Origin: Promethearchaeota archaeon
GTDB lineage: Archaea; Asgardarchaeota; Lokiarchaeia; Sigyniarchaeales; SOKP01
Reading direction: 5' to 3'
NCBI GenBank assembly: GCA_048938025.1
Contig: JBHLMP010000037.1
Location: 1-16,447 of the forward strand
DNA: 16,447 nucleotides
This document shows positions 15,828 through 16,447 of this stretch, piece by piece. The notes beneath the pieces are model-generated. The model made no database searches. It saw nothing but the letters and a program-made list of their open reading frames with translations, and was not told the DNA's origin. Every line of letters starts with the position of its first letter. The stretch's first letter is position 1. The translations under genes were made by a program, and so were the position numbers.

Positions 15828-16445
15828 TTATGAAGCTTCAGATATTTTACTTATAGCATCTCTTAAAATTGCATGTATTTTCTCTCGATAATTAAGATTT
15901 ATGGCTATCATACCATGCGTTTTTATTTCTCTCCCCCTATCAGAGAGAATTTTCTGACAGAATTCAGGAGTAAGCTTATTTGGCAAATCTTGCTTATTTG
16001 CAATACCAATTACAAACGTATCTTTATAGAATTTATCAAGGATATCATGAATAATCTCTTTTGAAGAATTAACATTCTCAAAGCTCGAATCTAATACTAA
16101 TAAAGCTATGTCTGTCCCATCAAGTAAACTTTTCCAGAGAGATCTGAAGTTACTTTGACCTGCAAAATCCCAGAATACAATTTCACGGTGAATATTTTGA
16201 GAAATTTCCTCGCCATCATAATTTGTGATATCAGCAGTAATTGTTGGAACATATTCTAAATCGATATCTTGCCCACATATTAGTTTCAATAATGTTGTCT
16301 TTCCGACACCTCCAAATCCAATAATAGATACTTTAATTGCTCCTAATATTGTATTATCCAATTCTTTTTCAAAATTAGTAAAATAAGCACGATTTCCCGC
16401 CCAACTGCCATCCTCTAGGATTTTACCATACTTCTCAATAAATTT
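15828..16445 (-). CDS. Ras-superfamily small GTPase (Arf/Rab-like) with an N-terminal fused domain, probably longin; 5'-truncated by window edge
   Basis: G1 GFGGVGKT, G2 YVPTI, G3 WDFAGQ and G4 NKQD. The frame stays open past TTG 16361 to the window end (KFIEKYGKILEDGSWAGNRAYFTNFEKELD). Confidence 0.9.
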   Translation of the reverse strand, partial: KFIEKYGKILEDGSWAGNRAYFTNFEKELDNTILGAIKVSIIGFGGVGKTTLLKLICGQDIDLEYVPTITADITNYDGEEISQNIHREIVFWDFAGQSNFRSLWKSLLDGTDIALLVLDSSFENVNSSKEIIHDILDKFYKDTFVIGIANKQDLPNKLTPEFCQKILSDRGREIKTHGMIAINLNYREKIHAILRDAISKISEAS

Positions 16446-16447
16446 TG

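Noticed and set aside
14340-16064. Plus-strand ORFs 14340-14555, 14775-15068 and 15873-16064
   Set aside because: Antisense shadows of the phosphohexomutase and GTPase genes.
1-16447. tRNA, rRNA, CRISPR array, IS element or integrase
   Set aside because: All intergenic gaps are short and AT-rich, with no GC-rich cloverleaf, regularly spaced repeats or transposase/integrase motifs visible by eye. A covariance-model scan was not possible.

Overview
An AT-rich, gene-dense archaeal chromosomal segment, most likely from an Asgard archaeon (Lokiarchaeia-like). This inference rests on a Ras-superfamily small GTPase whose reading frame continues into a longin-like tail, a conserved N-terminal module typical of lokiarchaeal repeat proteins, and archaeal-style TATA and oligo-T signals. 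In order, the window holds: the C-terminal part of an XPF/ERCC4 nuclease; a 580-aa protein with the conserved module plus an internally duplicating helical repeat; a B12-binding radical SAM enzyme; four small membrane proteins; an acyl-CoA dehydrogenase; two MacB/LolD-type ABC ATPases; a 1378-aa FtsX/MacB-type permease with an apparently nested extra extracellular domain; a divergent TetR regulator with a 19-bp palindromic operator candidate; a divergent phosphohexomutase; and the truncated GTPase fusion. I saw no rRNA, tRNA, CRISPR array or transposase. All family calls come from motif recognition by eye, not from database searches.
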